Below are positions 16,032-16,054 of a stretch of 16,054 nucleotides of DNA, piece after piece. A program made the position numbers and the translations under genes. The stretch is from positions 1 through 16,054 of the IMG/VR virus record IMGVR_UViG_2585427735_000006, one strand, 5' to 3'. Origin of the DNA: a virus (taxonomy: Duplodnaviria; Heunggongvirae; Uroviricota; Caudoviricetes). The notes under the pieces were generated by a model. The model was not told the DNA's origin. It ran no database searches and saw nothing but the letters and a program-made list of their open reading frames with translations. How positions within the stretch are numbered: the stretch's first letter is position 1; every line of letters begins with the position of its first letter.

Positions 16032-16054
16032 TCTTTACTTCCTTTTTATGGCTC

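Noticed and set aside
1-16054. Searched by eye for CRISPR arrays, tRNA/tmRNA genes, IS inverted repeats or transposase genes, toxin-antitoxin pairs, and restriction-modification or other defence-system gene signatures
   Set aside because: No regularly spaced direct repeats, no tRNA-like cloverleaf candidates, and every sizeable ORF is accounted for by tail, integration or moron genes. The only unexplained structured element is the I-J intergenic insert reported above.

Overview
This window is a lambda-like (lambdoid siphovirus) tail and integration region, and I found no recognisable defence, toxin-antitoxin, CRISPR, tRNA or IS element in it. Gene order on the + strand is V (3' end), G, G-T (-1 frameshift fusion), H (tape measure), M, L, K, I, a 237-bp intergenic insert, J, lom, stf and tfa. 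On the - strand follow a dinI-like gene behind tandem LexA boxes, an attP-like repeat region, a tyrosine integrase, a putative excisionase and a small Cys-containing ORF. The tail module abutting int/xis is the vegetative (non-integrated) lambda map order. The most interesting unexplained signal is the I-J intergenic insert: it carries a near-consensus sigma70 promoter and an intrinsic terminator on the - strand bracketing a roughly 95-nt non-coding, C/A-rich transcript (candidate small RNA), plus a second intrinsic terminator on the + strand just before J. All protein identities are from my recollection of lambda protein sequences and motifs read off the ORF translations; no database search was run.
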